A DNA stretch of 64,000 nt from Kiloniellales bacterium (lineage in GTDB: Bacteria > Pseudomonadota > Alphaproteobacteria > Kiloniellales > JAKSDN01), in contig JASJEC010000024.1 in NCBI GenBank assembly GCA_030064845.1, positions 1,102-65,101 of the forward strand, in the 5' to 3' direction. Below the pieces are notes generated by a model. It was given only the letters and a program-made list of their open reading frames with translations, had not been told where the DNA came from and did no database searches. Below are positions 49,857 to 59,980 of this stretch, piece by piece; within the stretch, counting starts at the first letter, position 1, and every line of letters starts with the position of its first letter. The translations under genes were made by a program, and so were the position numbers.

Positions 49857-50966
49857 TTGTCTTCTGTACATACCTTCGCCATCGCCGTGCTGCCGGGCGA
49901 CGGCATCGGACCCGAGGTGATGACCGCCTGTCTCGGACTGCTGGAGCGGCTGACCGCCGAGGAGACCGGCTTCGCGCTGGAGTTCGAGACTCTCGAGGCC
50001 GGCGCCGAGTGCTATCGGCGCAGCGGGGAAGCTCTGCCCACGCGCACCCTGGAACGGGCCGCCGGCGCCGACGCCATCCTGCTGGGCGCCATGGGGCTGC
50101 CGGAAATCCGCTATCCCGACGGGCGGGAGATCGCGCCGCAGCTCGACCTGCGCGAAAAGTTCCAGCTCTATGCCGGGATCCGTCCCGTGCGGATCTTTCC
50201 CGGTCTGCCCAGTCCCCTCGCCCACCCCCGCGCCGCCGAGACCGACTTCGTGCTGATCCGCGAGTCGACCGAGGGGCTCTTCGCCGGCCGCGCCAGCGGC
50301 ACGGTGGAAGACGACCGGGTCGCCCGCAATACGCTAGAAATCACCCGACCCGCCTGCGAACGCCTGTTCGACTTCGCCTTCGCGCTGGCGCGCCAACGCA
50401 AGGCGGCGGGACACCCGGGGCGCGTCACCTGCGTCGACAAGGCCAACGTGCTCCAGGCCTTCGCCTTCTTCCGCGAGATCTTCGACGAGCGCGCGGCACG
50501 CTTCCCCGACGTCACGGCCGACCACCGCTACGTCGACGCCATGGCGCTCGACATGGTGCGCCAGCCCTGGGCCTATGACGTGCTGGTCACCGAGAATATG
50601 TTCGGCGACATCCTGTCCGACCTCGGCGCGGGCCTGATGAGCGGCATGGGCATGGCGCCCTCGGCCGACATCGGCGACCGGCAGGCCGTCTTCCAGCCCT
50701 GCCACGGCAGCGCGCCGGATATCGCCGGCAGCGGCAAGGCAAACCCCACGGCCATGATCCTCTCGGCCGCCATGATGCTCGAGTGGCTCGGCGAGCGCCG
50801 GTCGCTCCCCGCCTGCAACGCGGCCGGACGTCGCCTGCGTGACGCCGTCGACCGGGCCTACGCCGCCGGCGAGCTCCGGCCCTTCGAGCTCGGCGGCAGC
50901 CACGGCACCGCGGCGATCACCGATGCCGTCCTGGCCTGCCTGGAAAATCCGGCGGCGGCGGCATGA
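49857..50966 (+). CDS. Isocitrate/isopropylmalate dehydrogenase family protein
   Basis: FAIAVLPGDGIGPEVM, VLIRESTEGLFAG, NMFGDILSDLGAGLMSGMGMAPSADIG. Probable TTG start at 49857 after GAGAGGAGGA. Confidence 0.9.
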   Translation: MSSVHTFAIAVLPGDGIGPEVMTACLGLLERLTAEETGFALEFETLEAGAECYRRSGEALPTRTLERAAGADAILLGAMGLPEIRYPDGREIAPQLDLREKFQLYAGIRPVRIFPGLPSPLAHPRAAETDFVLIRESTEGLFAGRASGTVEDDRVARNTLEITRPACERLFDFAFALARQRKAAGHPGRVTCVDKANVLQAFAFFREIFDERAARFPDVTADHRYVDAMALDMVRQPWAYDVLVTENMFGDILSDLGAGLMSGMGMAPSADIGDRQAVFQPCHGSAPDIAGSGKANPTAMILSAAMMLEWLGERRSLPACNAAGRRLRDAVDRAYAAGELRPFELGGSHGTAAITDAVLACLENPAAAA

Positions 50967-51994
50967 CCGCGCCCCTGCGGATTGCCGTCGCCGGCAGCGG
51001 GTACTTCAGCCAATTCCACTACGACGCCTGGCGGCGGCTTCCCGGAGCGGAGCTGGTCGCCTTGGCCAGCCGCGACGCCGGGAGCGCCCAGGAGCGCGCG
51101 GCGAGCTTCGCCGTGCCGGCGGTCTTCGAGGAGGTCGGCGCCATGCTGGAGGCCGCCGAGCCGGATCTCCTGGATATCGTGACGCCGCCGGAGACTCACC
51201 TAGCCCTCGTGCGGGAAGCGGCCCGGCGCGGCATCGCGGTGATCTGCCAGAAACCCCTGGCGCCGACCCTCGAGGAAGCGGTCGCGGTGGTCGAGACGGC
51301 GGAACAGGCGGGCATCCTCCTGGTGGTTCACGAGAACTTTCGCTTCCAGCCCTGGTTCGCCCATGCCCGCGCTCTGATCGGCGAAAGCCGGCTCGGCCAG
51401 CTCCACGGTATCGACTTCCGACTGCGCCCCGGCGACGGCCAGGGTCCCCGGGCCTATCTCGACCGGCAGCCCTACTTCCAGACCATGCCCCGCTTCCTGA
51501 TCCACGAGACCGGCATCCACTTCGTCGATACTTTTCGCAGCCTAATGGGCGCGGTCACCGCGGTCACCGCCCGGCTGCGCCGGGTCAACCCCGTGATCGC
51601 CGGCGAGGACGCGGGCACCGTAGTCTTCGAGTTCGAGTCCGGCGCCCTAGGAGTTTTCGACGGCAACCGGCTGAACGATCACGTCGCCGAGAACACGCGG
51701 CTCACCATGGGCGAGATGCACCTGGAAGGCTCGGCCGGCGTGCTGCGCCTCGACGGCCACGCCCGCCTCTGGTGGAAGGACCACGGCGGCGCCGAAGTCG
51801 CGGAGCCTTATGACCTGCCCGCCCAAGGCTTCGCAGGCGACTGCGTCTTCGCCCTGCAGCGACATGTCGTGGACCACCTGCTCCACGGCCGGCCCCTGGT
51901 CAACGACGGTCGGGCCTATTTGACCAACATGGAGATCGTCGAGGCGATCTACCGCTCCCACGAGACCGGCCGACGGATCGCGCTGGAAGAGTGA
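50963..51994 (+). CDS. Gfo/Idh/MocA family oxidoreductase
   Basis: LRIAVAGSGYFSQFHYDAWRRLPGAELVALASR, ICQKPLAPTLEEA; ATGA overlap with upstream. Confidence 0.9.
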   Translation: MTAPLRIAVAGSGYFSQFHYDAWRRLPGAELVALASRDAGSAQERAASFAVPAVFEEVGAMLEAAEPDLLDIVTPPETHLALVREAARRGIAVICQKPLAPTLEEAVAVVETAEQAGILLVVHENFRFQPWFAHARALIGESRLGQLHGIDFRLRPGDGQGPRAYLDRQPYFQTMPRFLIHETGIHFVDTFRSLMGAVTAVTARLRRVNPVIAGEDAGTVVFEFESGALGVFDGNRLNDHVAENTRLTMGEMHLEGSAGVLRLDGHARLWWKDHGGAEVAEPYDLPAQGFAGDCVFALQRHVVDHLLHGRPLVNDGRAYLTNMEIVEAIYRSHETGRRIALEE

Positions 51995-52875
51995 GTGTCC
52001 CGATGGGCGGTGCCAAGACACCTGCGCTCTATCGCTGCCGAGGCTACCCTTCGCCGGCAGACTTCTTGCGCGAGACCCGGATGCACTTCGCGGGGCGGGA
52101 AGCCGAGAACACGGTCCTTCTCGGCGCGCTCCACGCCCTGGACAGGGAGCGGCGGTCGTCGGCGCAGATGCTGGCCGTCGAGCGCGCCGGTGAGATATGC
52201 CTCGCCGCCGTACAAACGCCGCCTTTCAAGCTCGTTCTCTCTCACGGAGACCCCGCTGCGCTTCCCTGCCTCGCCGGGTGGCTGGCCGAAAGCGCAGTTG
52301 TCCTGCCGGGCGTGAGCGGCCCGGCCGGCCTGCTCGAGGGGCTGGTCGCGGCACTCCGCGAACATATCGATATCGCGCCGGAACCGGAGTTCCAGCTCAA
52401 CCTCTATAGCCTGACCAGACTCATTCCGGACACCAGGATCCGTGGATCCCTCGTCGAGGCTTCGCAAGACGACCTGGCGCTCCTGCTGGACTGGCAGGAC
52501 GGCTTCTTCGAAGAGACCGGTTTGCCTCATGATGAACTTGAGGAGGCCCGCGCCTACCTGGGGCAGCGCCTGACCGAAGGCGAGATTCATCTCTGGAGCC
52601 TCGATGGCCGAGCCGTTTCCGTCGCGGGCGTCAATCCCGGCGGGGCGACGCCGACCTTTCCACGGATCAACTTCGTCTACACGCCGCCCGACGTGCGCAA
52701 CCAGGGCTACGCCACGGCCTGCGTGACCCGCTTGAGCCGGACCCTGCTCGAGCGCGGCTCTACCTGCTGCCTGATCTTCGCCGACGAGGACAACCCGCTC
52801 ACCAACCATCTCTATCGCAAGATCGGCTACGAGCGCTCCGGGCGCTTCCACACGGTCAGCTTCACCGGACCCTGA
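51991..52875 (+). CDS. GNAT family N-acetyltransferase
   Basis: FPRINFVYTPPDVRNQGYATACVTRLSRTLLERG and NPLTNHLYRKIGYERSGRFHTVSF. Confidence 0.85.
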   Translation: MSVPMGGAKTPALYRCRGYPSPADFLRETRMHFAGREAENTVLLGALHALDRERRSSAQMLAVERAGEICLAAVQTPPFKLVLSHGDPAALPCLAGWLAESAVVLPGVSGPAGLLEGLVAALREHIDIAPEPEFQLNLYSLTRLIPDTRIRGSLVEASQDDLALLLDWQDGFFEETGLPHDELEEARAYLGQRLTEGEIHLWSLDGRAVSVAGVNPGGATPTFPRINFVYTPPDVRNQGYATACVTRLSRTLLERGSTCCLIFADEDNPLTNHLYRKIGYERSGRFHTVSFTGP

Positions 52876-52887
52876 GGCGGCAAGGCC

Positions 52888-53268
52888 TCAGTTCGGCAAG
52901 ACTTCGATGATGTTGCGGTACTGACCGAGCATGGGGATCCGCCAACCGGCGACCACGACCCGGTAGCTGTTGCCGGCCTTGAGCGAGTGAAAACGTTCCG
53001 CGCTCTCGAACTTCATGAAGACGTAGGAAGTGCTGACCTCGAAGACCTCGTCCCGGGTATAGATCAGGAACCTGTCCCGCCGGTCGTGACGGCTCGTTCC
53101 GACGTTGACGTAGGTCCCGCTGCGTCCCACACGGCCGCTCTTGTCCTCGACAACGAGGTCGATTTGCTCGGCGCTGATGAAATAGGCCGCCGTCGCCGGC
53201 AGCGCCAGCAGCGCCACGACGATCAATGACTTACTGTTGAGCCGAACCCGGGTCATGGAAAGAACCAC
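52888..53268 (-). CDS. Hypothetical exported protein
   Basis: Signal-anchor RLNSKSLIVVALLALPATAAYF; the rest reads like a small beta-rich domain. Real start may be M at 53256. Confidence 0.55.
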   Translation of the reverse strand: MVLSMTRVRLNSKSLIVVALLALPATAAYFISAEQIDLVVEDKSGRVGRSGTYVNVGTSRHDRRDRFLIYTRDEVFEVSTSYVFMKFESAERFHSLKAGNSYRVVVAGWRIPMLGQYRNIIEVLPN

Positions 53269-53411
53269 GTCTCAAAACGGAAGGGTGTTAATGATTCATT
53301 ATGACGTCAGGATGTTAAAACCTTATAAAAATCAGTGTTTTTTACTGAATACTTAAACCCTTTTGCCATACCCGTTATATCTTGCTTCCGCAACCACCTG
53401 CCGGGTGCCCC

Positions 53412-54242
53412 ATGTCACAAGCCAGCTACATTCCCTCGGTCGGCCGCGCCCACCAGAGCCGCAGCGACGACGTCGACTACCAGATCCACGGCGAGGACAT
53501 TCAGTTCGTCGAGATCGAGCTCGACCCGGGCGAGAGCGCCGTCGCCGAGGCCGGCGCCATGATGTTCAAGGATGCCGACATCGGCATGACGACGATCTTC
53601 GGCGACGGCTCGGCCCAGGAGGGCGGCTTCTTCGACAAGCTGGTCGGCGCCGGCAAGAGAGTCATCACCGGGGAGAGCCTGTTCACCACGGTCTTCACCC
53701 ACGAGGGCCTCGGCAAGGCCCGCGTCGCCTTCGCCGCGCCCTTCCCTGGCCGCATCCTGGCGCTCAAGCTGAGCGATTTCGGCGGCCGGCTGATCTGCCA
53801 GAAGGACAGCTTCCTGGCAGCCGCCAAGGGCGTCTCCATCGGCATTCACTTCCAGCGGAAGATCCTGACAGGCCTGTTCGGCGGCGAGGGCTTCATCATG
53901 CAGAAGCTGGAAGGCGACGGCTGGGTCTTCGTGCACATGGGCGGCGTCCTGGTCGCGAGGGACCTGGCGCCCGGCGAGGTGCTCCACGTCGATACCGGCT
54001 GCCTCGCGGCGCTGACCGACAGCGTCGACTACGACATCGTCCAGGCCGGCGGCATCAAGACCATGCTGTTCGGCGGCGAGGGCGCCTTCTTCGCACGCCT
54101 CACGGGTCCGGGTCGGGTCTGGCTGCAGAGCCTGCCGTTTTCCCGCCTGGCCGGCCGCATGCTGGCCGCGGCGCCGCAGAACGGCGGCAACCGACAGGGC
54201 GAGGGATCGATCCTGGGCGGCCTGGGCGACCTGATCGACTGA
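53412..54242 (+). CDS. AIM24 / TIGR00266 family protein
   Basis: VDYQIHGEDIQFVEIELDPGESAVAEAGAMMFKDADIGMTTIFGDG, RITGESLF-like VITGESLFTTVFTHEG. Confidence 0.9.
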   Translation: MSQASYIPSVGRAHQSRSDDVDYQIHGEDIQFVEIELDPGESAVAEAGAMMFKDADIGMTTIFGDGSAQEGGFFDKLVGAGKRVITGESLFTTVFTHEGLGKARVAFAAPFPGRILALKLSDFGGRLICQKDSFLAAAKGVSIGIHFQRKILTGLFGGEGFIMQKLEGDGWVFVHMGGVLVARDLAPGEVLHVDTGCLAALTDSVDYDIVQAGGIKTMLFGGEGAFFARLTGPGRVWLQSLPFSRLAGRMLAAAPQNGGNRQGEGSILGGLGDLID

Positions 54243-54252
54243 GGAGGGCGCC

Positions 54253-55047
54253 CTACCCCGCCATCCAGCCGCCGTCGACCAGCAGGTTCTCGCCGGTGAC
54301 GTAGCTGGCTTCCTCGCTGGCCAGGAAGAGCGCTGCCCCGGCCACGTCTTCCGGCCGCCCGAGCCGCGGCCAGGGCGTCCGCGCCCTGGCGTATTCGAGG
54401 GTCTCCGGCTCGACGGCCGCTCCGCCCTTGCCGGTCAGGATCTTTCCTGGCGCCACGGCGTTGCAGACGATGCCCGCCTCGGCATAGTCCGCCGCGATCT
54501 GGCGGGTCATGTAGGCGACGCCCGCCTTGCTGACCCCGTAGGCAATATCGCCGGGACAGCAGATCATGCCGTGCTGCGAGGAGACGTTGACGAGGCGCCC
54601 CCGCACCCGGTCGCCGAGATCGCTCCGGTGGGGCGGCTGATCGAGCATCTGCTGTGCCGCCCGCTTGCAGCCGTTGAAGACGCCCTTGAGGTTGACCGCC
54701 AACACGCGGTCCCAGTCGGCCTCGGAGGTCTCGGTCAAGCGGCCGCCGGTCGAGATCGCCGCGTTGTTGACCATCACGTCGAGCCGGCCGAAGCGACGGA
54801 CGGTCTCCGAGACCAGGCGGTCGACGTCCTCCCACTTCGAGACATCCGCGCGGTGGAACACGCAGGCGCCGCCCGCCTCGTCGATCAGGCGGCGGGTCGG
54901 CGGCCCGCCCTCGCGCGGGGCCTCGGTCACGTCGGCGATGACCACGAGGGCGCCCTCCTCGGCGAAGCGCCGAGCGATCGCCCGGCCGATGCCGGACGCG
55001 GCGCCGGTGACGATGGCGCTTCTTCCCTGCAAGCGTCCCGGGCCCAT
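54253..55047 (-). CDS. SDR family oxidoreductase
   Basis: GRSAIVTGAASGIGRAIARRFAEEG, YGVSKAGVAYMTRQ, ENLLVDGGWMAG. Confidence 0.9.
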   Translation of the reverse strand: MGPGRLQGRSAIVTGAASGIGRAIARRFAEEGALVVIADVTEAPREGGPPTRRLIDEAGGACVFHRADVSKWEDVDRLVSETVRRFGRLDVMVNNAAISTGGRLTETSEADWDRVLAVNLKGVFNGCKRAAQQMLDQPPHRSDLGDRVRGRLVNVSSQHGMICCPGDIAYGVSKAGVAYMTRQIAADYAEAGIVCNAVAPGKILTGKGGAAVEPETLEYARARTPWPRLGRPEDVAGAALFLASEEASYVTGENLLVDGGWMAG

Positions 55048-55054
55048 GGCCGGC

Positions 55055-55807
55055 TCAGTAAGTGGCGCGGCCGCCGGAGATATCGAACACGCCGCCGGTG
55101 GTGAAGGAGCAGTCCTCGGAGGCGAGCCAGGCCACGAGCGCCGCCACCTCCTCGACGGTGACGAAGCGGCCGCGCGGGATCTTCGACAGCATGTAGTCGA
55201 CGTGCTCCTGGGTGATCTGCTCGAAGATCCGCGTCTTCGCCGCCGCCGGCGTCACGCAGTTGACCGCGATATCCTGGTCGGCCAGTTCCTTGCCGAGGGA
55301 CTTCGTCAGGGCGATGACGCCGGCCTTGGCCGCGCTGTAGGCAGAGGCGTTGGGGTTGCCCTCCTTGCCGGCGATCGAGGCGATGTTGACGATCCTCCCG
55401 TAGCCCCGCTCGCGCATGCCCGGCACCACGGCCCGGCAGCAGAGGAAGACCGCGGTCAGATCGAGATCGATCACCTGCCGCCAGGCCTCGATCGGGTAGT
55501 CCCAGACCTTGACCGCCGGGCCGGCGATCCCGGCGTTGTTGACCAGGATGTCGATCGCGCCGAGTCCCGAGACTGTATCCGCCAGCGCCGCCTCGACCGC
55601 CTCCGGCGCCGTGATGTCGGCCGCGACGGCGTGCACGCGGCCTTGACTGCCGAGCTCGCGCGCGGTTTCCGCGAGCAAATCGGCGTCGAGGTCCCAGAGC
55701 GCGACCGCCGCGCCGCTCTCGAGCATACGTTCGGCGACGGCGCGGCCGATGCCCTGGGCGCCGCCGGTGATGACGGCCCGGCGCCCCTCCAGATCGATGC
55801 GGTTCAC
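55055..55807 (-). CDS. SDR family oxidoreductase
   Basis: GRRAVITGGAQGIGRAVAERMLESG, NASAYSAAKAGVIALTKSLGKELA, GGVFDISGGRATY. Confidence 0.9.
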   Translation of the reverse strand: MNRIDLEGRRAVITGGAQGIGRAVAERMLESGAAVALWDLDADLLAETARELGSQGRVHAVAADITAPEAVEAALADTVSGLGAIDILVNNAGIAGPAVKVWDYPIEAWRQVIDLDLTAVFLCCRAVVPGMRERGYGRIVNIASIAGKEGNPNASAYSAAKAGVIALTKSLGKELADQDIAVNCVTPAAAKTRIFEQITQEHVDYMLSKIPRGRFVTVEEVAALVAWLASEDCSFTTGGVFDISGGRATY

Positions 55808-55841
55808 CCCGGGCCCCCTGCTCTCTTCGTGGAAACCAAGT

Positions 55842-56408
55842 TCACTCTTCCGGCGTGAACTTCGTGATCTTCGTGCCCTGCAGATCGATCCCGGCCATCA
55901 GGCCCTTCTGCGAGAAGAAGAACACGTAGATGTCGCTCTTGCCCGACGTGGTCGTCAGGGACCCGGCCATGCCCTCGTCCCAGACCGTAATGGTAGGACC
56001 GGTTCCGACCTCCCAGCCGCCGCTCCTGTTCAGGTAGCTGAGCGCCTTGTCGTTCATGAAGTACATGGCGTAACCGACCCACTGCACACCGGCTTGAAGG
56101 CCGAAGGAAAGGGCGACCGAGTTGTAGTACCCGGTGGTCTTTCCGTTCACCCGGAGCGCGCCCTCGCCGCCCTGGGCGCCGATGATCAAGCCGGCCTTGG
56201 CGAGTCGTGGAATGACCAGGATGCCCTTGGCCTCCGGAACCAGAGCCTTGGCGTCGGCCGATTCGCTGTGCAGATTCGCGATCGCCTCATCGACCGCCTT
56301 GTCGATCTCGGCGGCCGAAGCGGCGTCGCTGGTCGAGGGTGTCAGGGAACCAGACGCCAAGAGAACTACGGCCACCAACCACCTCAGAGGAAACCATTTT
56401 CTAGCCAT
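55842..56408 (-). CDS. Lipid-binding SYLF/Ysc84-domain protein, exported
   Basis: AKGILVIPRLAKAGLIIGAQGGEGAL...SVALSFGLQAGVQ...DIYVFFFSQKGLMAGIDLQGTKITK. Confidence 0.88.
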   Translation of the reverse strand: MARKWFPLRWLVAVVLLASGSLTPSTSDAASAAEIDKAVDEAIANLHSESADAKALVPEAKGILVIPRLAKAGLIIGAQGGEGALRVNGKTTGYYNSVALSFGLQAGVQWVGYAMYFMNDKALSYLNRSGGWEVGTGPTITVWDEGMAGSLTTTSGKSDIYVFFFSQKGLMAGIDLQGTKITKFTPEE

Positions 56409-56591
56409 TGGCTTTACCCCAGATTAGGCCGGAACAAAAAACGCGGGCGCGCCGGCCCGGCCCCGTTACGAGCGTGAGGCTAGCATCATTCACGTTCTGC
56501 CGCCACGACCGACACGTGGCGGCCGCCGCGAGGCGAGCGAGCGGACGAACCCAGCTTGCCTGCGGCGGCGGGGTGTTCTACCGATAGCGGT

Positions 56592-57692
56592 ATGGCCAAG
56601 CGCGCGCGCCCCCTCAGCTACGGCGGTCATCTGCAGCTCGACAAGCTGCTCGCGTGCCAGCAGCGCCAGAGCGCGGAGCTGGGCAGGCCGGCGCACGACG
56701 AGATGCTCTTCATCATCGTGCATCAGACCTACGAGCTCTGGTTCAAGCAGATCCTGTTCGAGCTCGACCGCATCGAGCAGATCTTCTCGGAGTCCGCGGT
56801 CGACGACCGTGACCTGGCGGTTGCGGACCGCGGCCTCGCCCGCATCGTCGAGATCCAGAAGCTGCTGCTGCAGCAGCTCGACGTGCTCGAAACCATGACG
56901 CCGCTCGATTTTCTCGACTTCCGCGACACCCTCTTCCCGGCCTCCGGCTTCCAGAGCCTGCAGTTCCGGTTGCTCGAAACGAAGCTCGGGTTGCGCCGGG
57001 GCGACCGGATCGCCTTCGAGGCGCGGCCCTTCGACAGCCGCCTGACCCGCGGCGACCGCGCCAGGCTGAAAGACGCGGAAGCGCGGCCGTCGCTGTTCGC
57101 GCTGGTCGAGTCCTGGCTGACCCGCACGCCCTTCATCGAGCTGCCGGACTACGACTTCACCGCCGTCTTCCGTCAGGCGGTGGCTGACATGCTGGACGCC
57201 GAGGCCGCGGTGATCCGCGACAACCCGGCGCTCGACGAGGCGCAGAAGAGCGAAGACCTCGAAAGTCTCGCGGCGGCGAGCGCGCGCTTCGATTCGCTCT
57301 TCGACGAAGAGGTGCACGGCCGCCTACAGGCCGAGGGGCGCTGGCGCTTCTCCGCGCGAGCGCTTCAAGCGGCGCTCTTCATCACGCTCTACCGTGACGA
57401 GCCCGCACTCAACGTGCCGTTCCGCTTCCTCGGCCACCTGATGGACATCGACGTGGGCCTAACCAACTGGCGCCAGCGCCACGCCCTAATGGTGCTGCGC
57501 ATGATCGGCCGCAAGGTCGGCACCGGCGGGTCGTCGGGGCACGACTACCTGCGGCAGACCGCCGAGCGGCATCGCCTGTTCGACGACCTCTTCGCGCTCT
57601 CCACCTTTCTGATCCCGAGGTCCAAGCTGCCGCCCCTGCCCGAGGAACTGAGGCGGGTCCTCGGCTACCGTTACAACGGGACCGGGGCGTGA
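56592..57692 (+). CDS. kynA: Tryptophan 2,3-dioxygenase
   Basis: LSYGGHLQLDKLLACQ, HDEMLFIIVHQTYELWFKQILFELD, GTGGSSGHDYLRQT. Confidence 0.93.
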   Translation: MAKRARPLSYGGHLQLDKLLACQQRQSAELGRPAHDEMLFIIVHQTYELWFKQILFELDRIEQIFSESAVDDRDLAVADRGLARIVEIQKLLLQQLDVLETMTPLDFLDFRDTLFPASGFQSLQFRLLETKLGLRRGDRIAFEARPFDSRLTRGDRARLKDAEARPSLFALVESWLTRTPFIELPDYDFTAVFRQAVADMLDAEAAVIRDNPALDEAQKSEDLESLAAASARFDSLFDEEVHGRLQAEGRWRFSARALQAALFITLYRDEPALNVPFRFLGHLMDIDVGLTNWRQRHALMVLRMIGRKVGTGGSSGHDYLRQTAERHRLFDDLFALSTFLIPRSKLPPLPEELRRVLGYRYNGTGA

Positions 57693-58855
57693 ACCTGAAG
57701 CCGCACTTCGGTCGCTTCCTCGAGGCCGATCCGGAACGTCTGCATTTCGCCGCCCACAGCCACCACCTCTGGCCCGACGTGACGCTGAAGGCACAGGAGC
57801 GTTGTTGGCGCGACGCAGCGCGCCTCGCCGACCGCAAGTGGGAGATGATCTTCGGCGAGCTCTATCCGGAAACCCAGCGCCAGGTCGCCGCGATCCTGAA
57901 TCTGCCCGATCCGGCGACCCTGGCCTTCGGCCCGAACACGCACGCCTTTCTTTTGCGACTGCTCTCGTGTCTCGACCCGGGGCGTCCTCCCAAGGTGCTG
58001 ACGACCGACAGCGAGTTCCACAGCTTCGAGCGCCAAATGTCGCGGCTCGAGGAGGACGGCCTCGCGAACGTCACGCGCGTCGCGGCGGAGCCTTTCGAGA
58101 GTCTGACCGAGCGCCTGGTCGACGCGGCGTCGCCCGGCGGCTACGACCTCGTCTATGTGAGCCATGTCTTCTACAACTCGGGCTATGCCCTGCCCGATCT
58201 GGCGGCCGTGGTCCGCGCCGTGCCCGACGGGGAAGCGCTGATCGTGATCGACGGCTACCACGGCTTCATGGCACTGGAGACCGACCTTTCGGGGCTCGCC
58301 GACCGGGTCTTCTACACCTCCGGCGGCTACAAGTACGCCATGGCCGGCGAAGGGGTCTGCTTCCTCCATTGCCCCGCCGGCTACGGCACGAGGCCGTGGA
58401 ACACGGGCTGGTTCGCCGCCTTCGACGCCCTGGCCGACGGACCGGAGGCGAGAACCGCCTACGGTCCCGGAGCCAACCGCTTTCTGGGCGCGACCTTCGA
58501 TCCGGTCGGGATCTACCGGCAGAACGCCGTGCTGTCCTGGCTGGACTCCCTGGGCCTTACCATCGCCGATATCCACGACCACGTCTGCCACTTGCAGCGC
58601 GCCTTCATCGACGGCCTCGAGAACCTGGCGCTGCCAGACCTGCGGCCCGAAGACCTCGTCGTGCCGCTGGCCGAACCGAACCGCGGCAATTTCCTGACCT
58701 TTCGGACCGAGGGCGCGGGCGACCTGCACCGCCGGCTTATGGCGGCCAAGATCGTCACCGACTTCCGGGGCGACCGCCTGCGATTCGGCTTCGGGATCTA
58801 CCAGACGCGCGACGACGTCGAGCGCCTGCTGGCGCGTCTCGCCAAGCTCACCTGA
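57689..58855 (+). CDS. Kynureninase-like / class V PLP-dependent enzyme
   Basis: ATGA overlap with kynA; HFAAHSHHLWPDVT, YVSHVFYNSGYALPDL, YTSGGYKYAMAGEGVCFLHCPAG (PLP Lys). Confidence 0.82.
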   Translation: MNLKPHFGRFLEADPERLHFAAHSHHLWPDVTLKAQERCWRDAARLADRKWEMIFGELYPETQRQVAAILNLPDPATLAFGPNTHAFLLRLLSCLDPGRPPKVLTTDSEFHSFERQMSRLEEDGLANVTRVAAEPFESLTERLVDAASPGGYDLVYVSHVFYNSGYALPDLAAVVRAVPDGEALIVIDGYHGFMALETDLSGLADRVFYTSGGYKYAMAGEGVCFLHCPAGYGTRPWNTGWFAAFDALADGPEARTAYGPGANRFLGATFDPVGIYRQNAVLSWLDSLGLTIADIHDHVCHLQRAFIDGLENLALPDLRPEDLVVPLAEPNRGNFLTFRTEGAGDLHRRLMAAKIVTDFRGDRLRFGFGIYQTRDDVERLLARLAKLT

Positions 58856-58980
58856 TCGGGGACCGAATTCCGCCAGACCGGGCCGACCGGCTGCGGCCTT
58901 TCCTATCCCTCACCCGTTTCCCGTGCTAAGCTTCTGATTAGTAGACAGAAACTTGGATTCTCCTGGGGAGGGACGCGGCC

Positions 58981-59973
58981 GTGAAGAAGTTCTTGAATTC
59001 AGTCGACACCATCTTGAGCGAGAGCCTCGAGGGCTTCGTCTCCGCCCACGCGGAGATCCTCAAGCTGCATCGCGAGCCGACCTTCGTCACGCGGGCAGAC
59101 GCGCCGGTCAAGGGCAAGGTCGCGCTGATCTCCGGCGGCGGAAGCGGCCACGAGCCCCTGCACGGCGGCCTGGTCGGACGCGGCATGCTCGACGCCGCCT
59201 GTCCGGGCGAGGTCTTCACCTCGCCGACGCCGGATCAGATGGTGGCGGCCGCCGAGGCCGTCGACGGCGGCGCGGGCGTGCTCTTCATCGTCAAGAATTA
59301 CTCCGGCGACGTCATGAACTTCGAAATGGCCGCCGAGATGTATGAAGGCGACCAGGCCACCGTGCTGACCAATGACGACGTCGCCGTCGAGGACAGCACC
59401 TTCACCACAGGCCGGCGTGGTGTGGCGGGCACCCTGGTGGTCGAGAAGATCGTCGGCGCAGCCGCCGAGGGCGGCGCCGATCTGGCGGCCTGCGAGGCGC
59501 TGGGAACGCGGGTCAACGCAGCGACAGGGTCCATGGGCGTCGCGCTCACCAGCTGCACGGTTCCCGCGGCCGGCAAGCCGACCTTCGACATCGGCGAGAC
59601 GGAGATGGAGATGGGCGTGGGGATCCACGGCGAGCCCGGCCGCCGCCGGGTCGCGCTCGGCTCTGCCGGCGAGATCGCCGGCGAGATGACCGGCGCGATC
59701 CTGGAGGACCTCAAACCGGACAGCGGCCGCAAGGCGCTGCTGCTGGTCAACGGCTTCGGCGCGACTCCGATGATGGAGCTCACGCTGATGTACAAGCTGG
59801 CGCGCGAAGCCTTCGAACAGAGCGGTGTCGAGGTCGCGCGCAGCCTAGTGGGCAACTACGTCACCTCGCTCGACATGGCCGGCTGTTCCGTGACCCTGAC
59901 CCTGCTGGACGACGAAATAGCGGGCTACTGGGACGCCCCGGTCAACACCTCGGCGCTGCGCTGGGGCTGCTGA
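58981..59973 (+). CDS. dhaK: Dihydroxyacetone kinase subunit DhaK
   Basis: MKKFLNSVDTILSESLEGFVSAHAEIL, ISGGGSGHEPLHGGLVGRGMLDAACPGEVFTSPTPDQM, GVGIHGEPGR. Confidence 0.95.
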   Translation: MKKFLNSVDTILSESLEGFVSAHAEILKLHREPTFVTRADAPVKGKVALISGGGSGHEPLHGGLVGRGMLDAACPGEVFTSPTPDQMVAAAEAVDGGAGVLFIVKNYSGDVMNFEMAAEMYEGDQATVLTNDDVAVEDSTFTTGRRGVAGTLVVEKIVGAAAEGGADLAACEALGTRVNAATGSMGVALTSCTVPAAGKPTFDIGETEMEMGVGIHGEPGRRRVALGSAGEIAGEMTGAILEDLKPDSGRKALLLVNGFGATPMMELTLMYKLAREAFEQSGVEVARSLVGNYVTSLDMAGCSVTLTLLDDEIAGYWDAPVNTSALRWGC

Positions 59974-59980
59974 GCGCCCG

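Noticed and set aside
53269-53411. AT-rich intergenic segment (ttcattatgacgtcaggatgttaaaaccttataaaaatcagtg) as a riboswitch or ncRNA
   Set aside because: No recognisable conserved fold found by eye. It more likely contains ordinary promoters for the divergent genes.
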